DNA of 64,000 nt, taken from positions 804,407-868,406 of the forward strand of contig NMRA01000066.1 of the NCBI GenBank assembly GCA_002633005.1, in the 5' to 3' direction. The notes under the pieces were generated by a model. That model was not told the origin of the DNA and made no database searches. It saw nothing but the letters and a program-made list of their open reading frames with translations. Below, one piece after another: positions 14,921-28,600 of this stretch. This DNA comes from Phoronis australis (Eukaryota > Animalia > Phoronida). How positions within the stretch are numbered: the first letter of the stretch is position 1; every line of letters starts with the position of its first letter. The translations under genes were made by a program, and so were the position numbers.

Positions 14921-15649
14921 CTGTATACGCATACCGTACGGTAACCTCATAAAGTTTGTGGGTGATATGGTGACACTGTCAAAGTCCAGCTATTATGTGC
15001 CGCAAATGCACAGATTGCGAGAACACAAGAGTAACATCTTATCTCTGCTTCGCGTTCAATTCAAGCAAGCGTTGTTCTTCCAGAAATATATGTCATTGAT
15101 GAATGTCCATAGGTAGGAATGACCTCTCTTGACACAAGATACAAATAAAAATTATTGTATTCTACGAATGGCCGACTGCTGTTGGATATGACGGCAACAT
15201 GTACAAATCGGTTATCAAACCTACACCCATTGTTGTGTCGGTTGCGATGTTTCTTCTCCAGCGTCTTTCACCAGGTGCAGTATTTTAGGCGAAAAAGCAC
15301 GAGATTTGTCTTTCAAAACTGGACTTCAAAAGTAATACCAAACGAGCATTTCTGTTCTTGATCATATGAATTCTGCTTTCGTTAAGTGTTCTTTTGTCAA
15401 ACTATTTTGAGTGGATTCACGACATATGTCGTGGATGTTGTTTGACAGTTCTAGGTGAGCCGAATCGAGGATGAAACGTACAACTTGTACGGTCTCGCCA
15501 CCTAGTGGCTGTGAGTTTTCTCGGTTATACGCCTTATTTCTAAGGACAATGGCTTGTAGTATCTAAAACTACAAATTTATCATCAATGTGCATGATTAAA
15601 GCGCGTTGTCCTTCTTTAAAACGTAGCACCATTAATATTAAAAGTCTTT

Positions 15650-18600
15650 TCATGCAGCAGCTGGAGTATCTTTGGCTTCGGCGGCAAACGCGAATTGCTG
15701 CAGTGGGTATTGGTCGACCACCTCATACGCAGGGGGTGCATTCGCCTGATAGGCCTGCATGTTGAACAGGGGTTGCGGTTGATACACAGAAACATTTCCG
15801 CCTTGGACAACGTACTGCTGCTGAGGATAGGTAGCAGTCCCTGGGTAATTATGGTATGCAGCTGAAATGAAACAATACAAAATCACTAGTATGTGAATCG
15901 AATTGTTTTGTACCCTGATTTTGTTTGCTGATCGTCATTGTTGTTGACATGACCTTTAAAGGTGTTTCACAAATTGGCAAATGAGAAACCAAGATTGCAT
16001 TCCTGCAGTAAAAGGAGGAGGTTGATTGTAAAACGCCGGGAAGTACATTACAGTGAGTTTCCAGACTGATAGTTTGCACAGCAAGTTCTTCACTTGGGTC
16101 AGGAAGGCATTACCATGTTTTCCTGCTAGGATAAATGGTAATGTAGCTGATACTCTACTACGACGACTGCGACTTTGGGAATGCAAGGAGTGACCACCGC
16201 ATTAGCCACAGCAGTGATTCTGTGCTAACCAGTCAAGCAACGCTCGACCAATGGGCGTGGCTGAATACGATTGACTTCTCCGGTGCCGCAGGGTCAACTC
16301 GCTAAGGCATCTGTTTAGATCTCGGTGGTTTTCTGGCTTACCACGGGCGGCGCATCATAGAGGGCTGTAGCCACTCCCACTGCTTTAGCCCCTGCCCCCA
16401 CTTATTTCAGTGCTGCGCCGCCCATGCTTACAGACCATCAGATGTCTTCGCCGGCTGACTGCACGGAACAGACGAAAGCAATCTTCTTTCTTTCCCCTTG
16501 CTACGAGAGGTGGCACTGTGGATTGTTCATGTAACATGGCTTCTCATTTCTTAACAAAACGAGATAACATTCGGGTATCCATTTTGGTCGGAAAATAACA
16601 CTCCAACATTCTGTCTGGTTGGTGCTGAGAAATTCATCAATGCACTGCTCCGTCTTTTCATAAATGCTTGTGGTTTGCGGTTACTGCATCCCCAATTAGC
16701 AGACTAAATCGATGCACTCCACAATTAAAGTTCGTGTTTTCTGGCGGCAGACATAGCAATTCGCTATACTTGTACGGCTCAAATATACATTATCATGGTA
16801 TACAGACAGACGTCAAAACCAAGTCACGCGCACTATACATGTGTGTCGTTTGTCACCATTTCACAGTACCATGTTTCCATATAGGTGGCGTTGTGACACA
16901 CGGTAACATCAAGAAAGTGCAGCCAGTGTGTCAAGCTGGTGCAGATGATTACAAGAAAATACATTTACCATTACTGTCTGCCTCTGGTGTGTATTCAAAC
17001 CAGCTAAGTTCCAGTAAAAGATATTGATACAGGTACACTAAAGACCCTTAAAGGAGCATGCCACCCAAAAACCAACCTAATTTGTATCAATTTAGATCGA
17101 GTAGTTCTACTCCATAACGACACGTACGGTTGCGTTACCTGACACCTGACGGCAGACGGAGGTGTTGAAATTATCCAATGACGTCATCGGTTTCACACGC
17201 GGTCTGTTCAGCAGTTCACAACACGGGTTACTGGTGTCAGCTTATCGTTTGAACTCATCGTTTAACACTAATAAATCATCTAACTTCGATGTAAAACCCT
17301 TAAAAATACACCGAGTTTTCATAAAAACGTGTTGTTTTATTTCGCTCTTAGGGATTTATTGGTATTTGGACACACCGTAGCCTACAAAGTTCGGCAGGCC
17401 AATAAGGTCCGTAGCAGGAGTTTGGGGTCTGTTCGGAGATAATTTCGAAGTATTTTTCGTGAGATACAGACAGGAGAACCTAGATCGGTGTTGTTGAGTC
17501 TTGTGATTTTTCGAGTTCTAAACACAAAACGCCTGTTAGCCTGGCCAGTGGCTCGGAGCCCGATCAGGCCAGTCGCGGCCGGCCGGATTGACTCGTTATC
17601 CCCCGCCAGTGGCTTGGAAACTGATCAGACATCACGAACATAAACCAGCCAAAGTTCAGTGGAAACTAAACTTCCAGTCAGGGAAATATTATACTAGTGA
17701 GCCAAAGTAATGTGCACCTGATTATGTTGGTGAATTAGCCATGAAACTGCAAATCTACTTACTCGTCGGGGGCCGCGAATTCAGGTTCCGCTTTGGCCAC
17801 AGCACCGTCAGGGCAGAAGTTGTACATTGACAATCATTATTTGAGTAATGTAAATGTAAATTAAGATTCCCCTAACACCTAGCCGTGGGATGGAAATCGA
17901 GTTGTTTCACAACAGTTTCTGCCAGCTAACACTAAATTAGCATGAGCTCACAGGGCCTAGGTGTCCCGTCAATTACTTTTATTGCACCTAAAGCCGGTAT
18001 TCATTGCTGACTTCTCAAATCAATTGCACTCACGAACACTCCAAAGGCATTACAAATTGCATCTAATGAGACAGACCTTGTTTCAGTTTTATATAAGTAT
18101 TGGTCAGGGTGAGAATAACTCATTTTGAAACAGAACGCTCAGTAATAAACGTCAATATGGCAACTCGCAATCCCGACTTAGGAAGAGCTAGTCGAGCTCA
18201 TCAGTACCGACTTCGCAGGTGGATCGTTAAGTTTTACAGGCTATCAATTCGAACAGGAATACAGTGATGGAGAAATACTCGAGAGGCGCCGTGAACAAGC
18301 TCAGACAACAGAACGTATGGCGTTATTTGGTAAGCCGGCATTCGTTAGGCACTTTCTACGTCTGCAGGCCACAGACAGGGAGATGTTTCACGGCCTCATA
18401 CTTGCTATTCACAGCGTACTTTTCATTCTTCACTACCATGAGCCACTTCCTAAGCATTTCGGACTCTCGAGGAAGTAAAAAAAACGATATGCCCGCTTTC
18501 CTCGCAGCTGCTTAGTTCAGACAAGCAGGAACGATGCACCGCACAATAGCGGCATTCACTCTGCATGTGAACCACTGACGTCGCTAGCGTCGTTTCTCAC

Positions 18601-21600
18601 CTTCCTCACAGCTTAACGCGACACCTCTTGGCAAGGTAAGGTCAACCGTATGCGAGGCGATGTACATATAGACCGATTAAGACGGCAAAAAAGACTAATT
18701 AAATCGGGTGCCATTCTCCTTTAATACGCACGTAACAATACAGTATTCTTCACTATGTACATAGTACCTGTTGTAGTGACCGTAGCGACGTTTGCTTCCT
18801 GGCGACTGGTACTAAAGGAGGTCGCTGCTCTGCAGCGGTAGACACAAACTGGAACGCCAATCAAAAGGCCGAGAGTGACGAGTACACTAAAAACTATGCC
18901 GACTATGGCACCGTCGGATAACCGGCCTGGAATATATAAACGAGCTTTTTAAAAAAAGGAAATTCATATTATAATTTTATAAGTCTTGTGACGTTTCAAA
19001 ACTGTAATCGCTATTCCCTTGTATACTATTAAAAACCCGTTACTGATAATAAAGTGTATGAGGTAAAAATGACGAGAAATAGGTACATGTAAAATAACGT
19101 CAATGGTTTAAACGGAAGGACCCCAAACCTTGTGTCACTTTTCAATCAAGTGTTAATTCACTACGGCATCTTCCTGTATGGACGTGACACGCTTTTGGTT
19201 TCAACAGTTGAGTTTCACATCACTAGCAACGTCAACCGATCGCGTTCTCTCCTTAGAGTATGTTGTGATGTCTTGCGAAGACTTGCGTGATATCCCAAAC
19301 TAGCCATAGACCAGCCTTACATAACGCATCCTAGGTGGGATTTTGTCAGCCATACTGATTGAAAACGATTAGTCACTTGAGCGGAAGTAAAATTTGTAAA
19401 AAACAGATCACAGACTAGCTGATGAACTAGCACTCAGACACGTACCGACGTCATCATTGAAGTTGGTGATCTTCAGGTGAACGTCCAGTCCGTTCTTACA
19501 GTTAGTGCTGTACACGTAGCATGCTGACCGGTCCACTTCGATGTATACATAAGGTTGAGTCGTGTAGATTACTGTCGAGCCATAGCTGTTCTTCCTTAAG
19601 ACTTTCTGAAATAATTTTAATGCTATGCAGGACCCTAGAAAATGTCCAAATTGTCAAACTTTGGAAAATCATATCTCAGAAATAGATGATCAGATTCATA
19701 TGTGTATACTAAATTATTTTTTACACCTTTATGGCAAGGCAATCAACTTATTTTTGAAATCATTTTGTTATACTTTGATGCAAATTCAATGCATTGTTTC
19801 ATTATTCCGATATTCGGCGCATCACGAGCTTCCCACTTGATGACCTCAGCATTCAAGCATACATACACGTACACTGATGTATAGGGCATTACTGGAAAAC
19901 TAGGGTTAGACTCGAGATTGTAGCTCAGTCAAATCTAAATTACTAGTCATCCATTGTCACCTCCCAATACATGTAAATGCATTTGCCAAATTTAACAAAA
20001 ATGGTGCAAGGGGGTTAAGAAATACAGACACGGACGCAAAAAACGACACTAGGAGGTGGGACAATAGGCGTAGCCGTTCAATAATCATTGCTAGTCGTCT
20101 CCTACCCAGTAATAACGTATGTGCCAATTTTCACAATTATCTTTGGAGTAGTTTGGCCAATAGAAAGGTGCCGGGACACTAAAAACAGATTTAAAAAAAT
20201 CTAAAATGACAACTAGGTGGCGTACATGATGTCACTTTCTCTTTGAAAAATATTTACTAATTTCATGAAATTCCGTCCAGATCTCCAAAGATACAGAGGA
20301 AAACGTAAAAAAATGAAATTGTCACTAGGGGACACAGGGTAGATGAATCAATCCGAAAGTCGTCGTCATACGTTTTCACCTTCATACTGATAAAAATACT
20401 TGCCAAATTTAATGAAGATTTTTCAAAGGGTTAGTAGATACAGCCGTGGATGCAAAAAAACTGTCGCCAGAAGGCACCACAGTCGCCGGAGCCCTCAAAA
20501 AATCGTCAGCTCTACTCGCAATAGGAGTGATTTGGCCGATAGAGGAGAAGACGCCAAAAACAGACTCGAAAAAGTAAAATGGCCTCTAGGTGGCACAAAA
20601 TACGTTGAACCCATTTCAAAACGGTAAGGTGGCGTCATTTCCTCATCAGATACCTATTTTCCAAATTCCATGACAATCCCTAAAGGAACTTCAAAGATAC
20701 AATAGCCAACGTTAACAAATAAAATGGCCACTTGGAAGCACACCGGTTTGTCGGATCCGTCGAAAAAGTCGCCCATGTGGTCTCATCCATGAGAGGAACA
20801 CATCTAAAAATTCATGAATATACATCTACATGTATAGTTTATGCTTCCAGGGATCGAGAACAAGCAGCGGATGCTGGACGGTGGACAGACTCCGGACAGA
20901 CGCTGGACGGACGCCGGACAGACGTCGTACGGACGCCGGATGGATGGACGAATGCCGGACACGGACGAATGCCGCACGGACGGACGGACGGACGGACGGA
21001 CAGGGGTGACGGCATAATGCGCCCACGATGTATAGTTATGTGGCCTTACAAAAACGTGTAAATTCTCACCAGAGTACGGGCGTAGGAATCCGAGCCATCG
21101 AGAATTTTAACTTTTATGTCATTGTTGTAAAAAACAGCCCTCTCCACTTCAATCCTCAGCTTTCTCAAACTGTATGAATAACCTCTTTCTGTAATATATA
21201 ACATAGCTAACAAGTCTCTTTCGTCAATGCAGATTAAACATTTCAACACGTTGCGATGCCGCATCAATATTGAACGTGATAAGCAGTTATGTGAACGCTC
21301 TAGAGCATTAACGCCAAAATTGTAACTGATAATAACAATATTATGACAATTATCGATTTTTTTTTAATTTACGACTGCTAATAATAGGGCGGAATGGCGT
21401 TTGAATTTAGGGCAGTCATTTCCTAGGTCTTGATTTGACACAAAATCTTGGGGTCCGTTTCATGGAAAATAACTTGAGATTTATGTAAAAAATTTTGTCT
21501 TAAATTCTTCACCACTGCCATACGGAATAAAACAATTTTATGTCACTTCATCATTAAGTACATATACCAGCTGCAAAACATGCTATACAACACGAAAAAT

Positions 21601-23130
21601 ACTCAACTACTCATTATTTTAAATTGAATCATTCTTATCAAAAATGACATGGGTAAGAAATTCAATGTCTCTTTTTAGCCGCCTTCAGGCGGCGTCCCCT
21701 CTCTAATGTAGAGGGACCCGCCTGAAGGTGACCAAAAACGTGGCCCCCCATGTTAATATAGCGTGCACCACCCGAAAGTGAGTAACAAGCAGGGCCCCAG
21801 GGGTCCCCGTTTTTAAGGCTCTAGAATATGAATTTTTGCTTAAGTCATTTTAATATAAATATAACATTTAAAATAATGACCTGTTGCACGTTCTTTTACA
21901 ACTGATTATAACTTTCATTTCAAAAGATAAGCTTAGTAAATTATACTACGTTATAAAGAAACATTATTCGTCGTAGAGAGTGGTCGTCTATTTAAAACCT
22001 CTTGTTTTCCATCACCAAAGAGTTTTACCTGAGTACAGTTTTAGAGCACAACGATCTTTTGTAGATTTAGAGCCGTAATGCGCACTTCCTATGTAAACAT
22101 GCGCGGCTTCTGAATCGGTAATGACGTAACTTCTTGCATATGATAAACAGTGAAGCCTTGAGTCGAGCTCGTCTGGAAAGAAATCAATACTGTGTTGACC
22201 AGGTACAGTTCCAGTCCAGTTGATTTATGTGTATATGTAACTGGGGTTTCAATAAAATTAAGAGACAGAACGGGTGGGAAAAGCAAAAACGAGATCAAAT
22301 AATGTCAACAGGTGGTGTTTGATGAATTGCGATTTGGATTGAAACTAGATTAGTTTTCATCATCGCTACACCAATCACGTGTTCTCTGCCTGTGAATTTC
22401 CATTCAGAGGCACCACGTCTTCCAGTAGAATGCCGCAAAATCATTTTAACATGAAGGTGAGGCAAGACAACAAACCGTCTAAAACTGACACATCTGTCAA
22501 TCTATAGATTTACTGCCACCATGAGGCAGTAGTATATTTTGAGTTTATCGGTTGACAGAGGTCACTACATGATTGCCACCAGTCAGACGTCGCCGGCGGG
22601 TATATATGGAACAGGAAATTTGTTTCACAACGAACTTAAAGAGTGCACACCGATATTCCTCTATATGTGTATTGCAGTGTGATTCTCACATTGGAATAGA
22701 CTACAGAAAGTCAATGATATATTATTTTAGAAATAAAGAAGTAAAATGAACTAATTATGTAATGACCAGAGATACCTTTATGTTTTAAATGACCGTGTTC
22801 CACGCTGCTTTATTGTAAGGGATCTAGGGTATCCAAGGGGGTCCGCACCCCCTTTTACCTTGATTTTAGTGATATCAAATCTAGAATTTTCAAGTTGCTG
22901 CCTTAGACGCCCCTTTTTAAAGAATCCTGGATCCGCCCCCGTTTTTTCTGAGAATACAAGTAGTGTATGACGAGTTGTTTTGACTATCACTTCGCATGTG
23001 ATTCTGAACTTTCAAAAACGAAAAAGTATCACCATAAAGCAAGCAAACCTATGATCTTACTGTACTCACAGTTAGTTCCATTGGTCGCTGCGGCCAGCGA
23101 TATGATAATGATGAAGGAAAAGAGCTTCAT
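15650..23130 (-). CDS. Uncharacterised single-pass type I membrane protein, paralog 2 (signal peptide, divergent CUB-like ectodomain, TM helix, PPxY tail); ~284 aa, 6 exons
   Basis: Exons: 23070-23130 (MKLFSFIIIISLAAATNGTN), 22029-22172 (YELDSRLHC...RCALKLYS), 21070-21188 (...LRIEVE...VKILDGS...), 19446-19605 (...YTTQPYVYIEVDRSACYVYSTNCKNGLDVHLKIT), 18768-18926 (TM: GAIVGIVFSVLVTLGLLIGVPVCVY), 15650-15861 (...NAPPAYEVV...AAA*). GT-AG introns with the same phases as paralog 1; exon sizes 61/144/119/160/159/212 versus 61/144/125/151/159/209. Confidence 0.87.
17052..18720. mobile_element. Kolobok-like non-autonomous DNA transposon in the last intron of paralog 2
   Basis: TTAA on both sides (17048-17051, 18721-18724); TIR AGGAGCATGCCACCC versus AGGAGAATGGCACCC. 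RR...YY termini with a TTAA TSD are characteristic of Kolobok. Confidence 0.75.
19897..21030 (+). repeat. Composite repeat: degenerate ~110-165 bp tandem units ending in a (GGAC)n microsatellite
   Basis: Recurring TGCCAAATTT and CACTAGGTGGC-like motifs between 19985 and 20810; GGAC tetranucleotide array at ~20876-21002. Confidence 0.6.
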
Positions 23131-26100
23131 GAAAGAGGATCAATCTGTGTCGTGTGACGATCGCCTAGAAAGGAGTTTATCGGTTTGGTAATTATTTAGC
23201 TGTCAAAGATAACACAACACGACAGAACAAGTGCACGTGCTAGTACATGTAGATGTGCACAGCGAGTGAGCAGGCCGGAACTCGCAAACTGAAAATTTGA
23301 AAACTGAAAATTTAATGCACGTGCATTCTCTATAAGCCTCGCCCTCTCTATTTTAAAAAACGTCGAATCTTGCCCACTCACTCACTAAATCACTGGCGTA
23401 GGAGTGGCAAATGGTGAACAAGTACCGAAGTCTCTTTTTGAAATTCAATGTTAGTACAACTTGACTAGTTACAAGTCGCCGGACGGTGCCGTCCCGTCTC
23501 AACTGAAAAAGGTGAATACGGGATATGTAACACGACTAGTTTGTCAATGAAAAGTTGTATTTCCCAACGAACTTCTCTTACAAAAGGGTGTCTTCTCCGA
23601 TCCAGTTTTCTACAAAAGGGTCGTTTTAACAGTTAAACTTTTAGCAGTCAGTTTCAGTTTACCTTCGCGATCGGTAAACGAATCCCGAACTCCACGAACT
23701 TACCTAAAATGCGCCCCAATCGGTAAACCGATGAACTAAGAAAGCTAGCGCTAGAGACTCAAGTGCCGAAAGATTTATAGAATTTTATGGTACAAGGACG
23801 ACGTTCACGAAGGATTCGAGTGGGTCCCTAGACTGGTTGGCAATTATCCGGCACCCTGTGACGAAGTAAATTGTGACCTTAGCTCGATCTAAGCCTTTTG
23901 CAGAGTAGGGCTTTATAACGACGACACTTACAGTAAGAAATCAAGGATCAAGAGTTTCAATTTAGAGATCCACGAATTTCCTCTTTTTTCACAAACGGTA
24001 ACTATGAAGTGTTTGTTAGCATTTATATTCACGCATACTTTTTAACACAGGCATTCGACATGGGGACTGACATTGGAATTTGTAATGACCTAAGTTCGAG
24101 AAAAGGCAATTTTCTCCGATATTCATTCATCAACTGAAAGGTGTGTGTAAATCACTCCAATTTGTGAATTAGACTCCGCCAGCCAGCCGCTTACCCAACT
24201 CGTCTCCACTATCGTTGGTCGGATTTGTGTAACTCAGAGTAAACAAACTTACATTAGGGCAAATACTCTGGCTGAAAGTGCAGCCCTCTTTAGCGATGTC
24301 AAAATGACGTCAAACCCAGATTTTGAATCAATGATGCTGTACCCGAGAAACGTTCACCGACTCAGGGCGCTCCTGCACCGTGAAAGTGGTTACTTCGCTG
24401 CTCAAGAACAGATTGGGATAAATATGTTTATGCTGTAAAATTTTCCTTTCCAAGATAATTTTCTATTTTCCTAACAAAAATCAGCATAAGCCTGAAGGGT
24501 TTAATGCTTGCCAAATACAGACTACTGGCATCTCGTCTTGTGATGTTCAGGTTTAACGGTGAGTTTACACGAAATTCTCTCATGCATGTATCCAGTCCTG
24601 AAATATTTCCTGGTTCATGACGGGATTTTCGTAAGTCGTCGTAACTAATTTTTATAGCCAAGCTTTCTCCAGAGGCCACCTAGAGGAGACACTTTGAGTT
24701 GACGCAACCTCTGTCTGAGTCAGGGACAGTTGTGTCTCAAACAGTGGGGTATCAAGATTCCCCACTCAAGGTATACATAGCCAGGACTGAAACCCCAGAC
24801 CTATCTAAGCTCCTCGTGATTCCGGTGAAGGAGCTGGACTGTATAACTGAAGTGCTGACTCCGCTAGTTGAAGCCTATCCCACCTGGTTACTCAGTCAGG
24901 AGAAAACACTGTTTTCCTGAATGTTTACCTATGATTACCCAACGTTCTGCTTTACTCAAACGTTACACTGTTACGTGTTTCTTTAATGTCTTGTTTTGAT
25001 GCCCCTTATCTTTTCCATGAAATAGGAAAAATCAGGATGTCACCAAGGAGTCGCGTAAGAAGTACAACGACTGATTTCGGACTTCAAGAGCCCGACAATT
25101 AAGCCGGGTTAGAGTTTCCCCGCTAGATTTCACTAGATGACGCGACTGTGTTATCGTATAGGGATTGTGAAATAAATAAACATGACTTTCGATAACCACT
25201 CGGTGACTTTCAGAGATTTCCAATAAGAGAGTTGTCTAAGGTAGACAGACAGGTGGGAGAGGTCGTATACTGAGCTAGTCGTCATGTTTACTCAAAAGAT
25301 GTCGTTTATAATTTTCGTTCTAGCCGTCATTTTCGTCATTCCTGCTAATGATGAAGGAAATATCACTGTGAGCTCGGATTCCCAATATCGTGAATCCTAG
25401 GCTGGTGTGAGTTATGAACGAAACAGCTTACTAAATTCCAGCCGATCAATCGCGATCACACCTAACCCAGCACTGACTGAGGGTCCTGCCGTTGTGCTTA
25501 CAAATACTACCGGAAAAATCAATCCAGACGACAACTGAGGCAGAACATTGAGCCAGACACTCTGGATATTTTATTTACGGAAACATTCGTGAACAATTAA
25601 AAAACTCACTGTTTTCGAGTAACATAAGCCGACTCGAAGAACTACGAGACAGGATCGTTTTCATTAATCGTCCAGACTCGATAAATTATATGGCCAAAAA
25701 CCTACCGCGTAGTAATGCTCTACCTCTGTGTACGGCTTATCGGCACCTTTTGATTACATATCAAGGATAAAAGTAGGTCACGTTGCGACATGCTCTTTAT
25801 TGTTGACAGCAGTTCGTTTATCATGCGCTAGGGCGGCGCCACTGGTCACGCAGGCTAGAATCTCATCCTCATGCCTGATTGCCACAGAATACCAGTCTTG
25901 CATAAAAAGGCGGGGCTCACTGAAGTGCCAAAAATGTAACTTCGGTCTGACAGCCTTGTTATGCGAGAATAAAGATTTTTAAAATATCTCGATTTAGCTA
26001 TGGAATTCCATGATCGGTTAGTACAAAGTTTTATTTTTTGCTGTTATACACGTGTTTAGGACCATTCGAAGCTACGCCTACAGTCGGAATTAGGGATATG

Positions 26101-28600
26101 ACCATACATGTGTACACCGAGAGGCTTGAAATTGCTGCGCCCCATCATTTAAAATTATACGCACGATAATAGTCTGATATAACATGAATAAAATAAATGG
26201 TAATGGCAATTTTTGGTAAAATGAGCTCACACTAGAAATCCACATCTCACTCATGTCGATTAGCAAATATGTTCTTTCTGAGTGGTACAGCTCATTCTAA
26301 CAATTTTACAGAAGTGTACTACGCTCTTCTGGACACCTAAACTCGCCTGTTTTAGTGTTCAACGGTGAAAACTTATCACATGAATATGCAAAATAACTGT
26401 AAGCCCGCACGTGCACCCCGTCTGATATCAGTCCGACGCTAAGTGTGAAAGAACGCATGATCCGTCGTCGATGTTGGCAAAAAAATTAAGTTGAGAGAAT
26501 TACGCTCTGTCAGTAGCGATCAGTCAGTTTTATGTTTTTATGGCTTAACTAAATTTCCAGGATTACGGATTTTCTAACGGCGGCGTAAGATTTTTTCTGG
26601 GATTTTATGTACCTCAAATTTTAGCGTTCTGGCTTTTACACAGAAAGGTACACCATTGAAAGTTTCCTTTAATTTAATATTTTTATACTCTTGATGTTTT
26701 CTTATGATTCAGAAATCTACTGGGTCACCGATTTAAACACCATTACGTAAAAATGTGCAATCTGACTTCAAAAGGGCGTCAATTTTAATTCTCGGTTGCA
26801 CGCCGCATTCCACTAGATGACGATTATGCTTAGTTAATGTGTGTGCTGTTTTACGTACGCATAGATGTTCTGTACAATACACTGGCATATCATTGACTAT
26901 TTATAACAAAATGTGAAACTGTAAACGTCGAACGTCTTAAATTTGAAAGGCGCAAGTATGAATGAGGTGGAAAACCGACGTACTTATTTTTAAAGCTCCT
27001 ACTACTTAAGTCTCACTGGATGCAGTCGTGTTCTCACAATGCTGAAAACTTGTAGATGTATCTATGATCATTCTAGACTGCCAGCAGACATTACCATCGT
27101 CTCAAATGGCCCCGGTGGCCATGTCATAGGACCCCTAAGGAGCGGAAGCTTTTCATCCAATTATGCCTCACTACAAAACTATTGCTGTACTGTAAGTACA
27201 TGTACCTTTTGCGCAAAGAGGGATATGACATCATATCCCCGGCGCGAGCTATATAAAAACGTTAGCGATTTCGGTAACTGAACGAAGGACTTTTCGAAAA
27301 CAGGTTTGAGTGCGGGGGTAGTTGATCGTGATGAGAAGAGTTAAAGACATCAAGGCCCTCTTAAGGTGTACCCCCTGCGCAAACATGACTATTTTGGTGT
27401 AATCAGTGTGAGACCATAATTCGCCGAAAAGCTCGCTACGGCCTATGGGATGTCCGCCAGTCTCTAATGGAGGTAGGTCTTCTTTCGGTTTGCCTGGTGA
27501 GTTTGTTGAACATAATTGGTGATACATGTATACATCAGCTGAAAAAGTATATTTTGTTAATTTTCGTTGATTATTTGTCATTTGTATGAACATTGGCTGG
27601 TCAGTTTGATACATGGCATTTTAAATCAAGCGACATCGATTATACATAATCATCTTTCTGGGCTTCCTGAACATTTCGTACGGATCTGCCAAACCCAGTG
27701 ACTCTTTTTGCAACAAGTCTTCTAGTAATAATTTTGGGCCATGTGGGGAATGCTGCTGATCAATAGATTGGCATATCCATTTTTCATTTTTTTTCTTTGT
27801 AATAATAAAGATAATGGCAAGCATTTATCGGTAACCGGCTGAGGTGCGCCCAGGTACAGGTACGATATTGTTAAATCTTAACAAACACGCAACAAACGAA
27901 AACAATCGAAATGTCCCATGCGCCATAACCATGGGACTCGCTTACGTCCGTCGCGTGGATGTAGCGAGATAAACAATACCAAGTGGTCGGTTGATACGTT
28001 GTATTATTTTCTCAAATACCGCGTTAGTGTTAACAACTCAATCGATAAAATGCACCTGTGCACGTGTGTTTAAATGTTTGCGTAACTATTCATAACTAAG
28101 GTTGAATATCAGATATCTGTCTGTGCGAAGTTGACAAAAGGGCAGAGTTCTTATGCCAAATCATTGAATGTAGTTAAACTTCTTTCAATACATAACTGAA
28201 AACAGCCTCTACATCAGCTTTAATTAAAAGTTTGAAAATGGCGCAGCTTATCTTAATGAAGTAGGCTACGTGTACTTCAGATTTATTGCCTAAATTGCAA
28301 TTGAATTTGGTTACATAATCACTAAATGCATCACAAACGTTTTGCATACGCTATACAAAGACTTAAATTTCCAAAGAAACCGACATCTGCAAGCAAAAAA
28401 GCGCTTAAGTTTTGAAATGGCTCGCTATCCCTTGCAAATTTCCTCCCGTTTACTTTTCTCTCAATTTCTAAAGGTGGTTGGGAACAGTTGCTTTCAGGAT
28501 ACAGTGTATGTTAAATTGTAAGATCAGTTCATTGTGCTTTTAGCCTATTTGAACATTTTTGTATTGAGACTGTGAGTGGAAGGTACATGTAGGTGCATCT

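Noticed and set aside
15910-16700. Extra or alternative exons of orphan paralog 2
   Set aside because: AG/GT candidates exist, but there is no counterpart in paralog 1 and the 6-exon model is already in frame.
23526-25624. Solo LTR(s) with TGTAAC...GTTACA ends (23526-24967)
   Set aside because: The termini are LTR-like, but I found no matching TSD, second LTR, PBS or internal gag/pol sequence; left unannotated.
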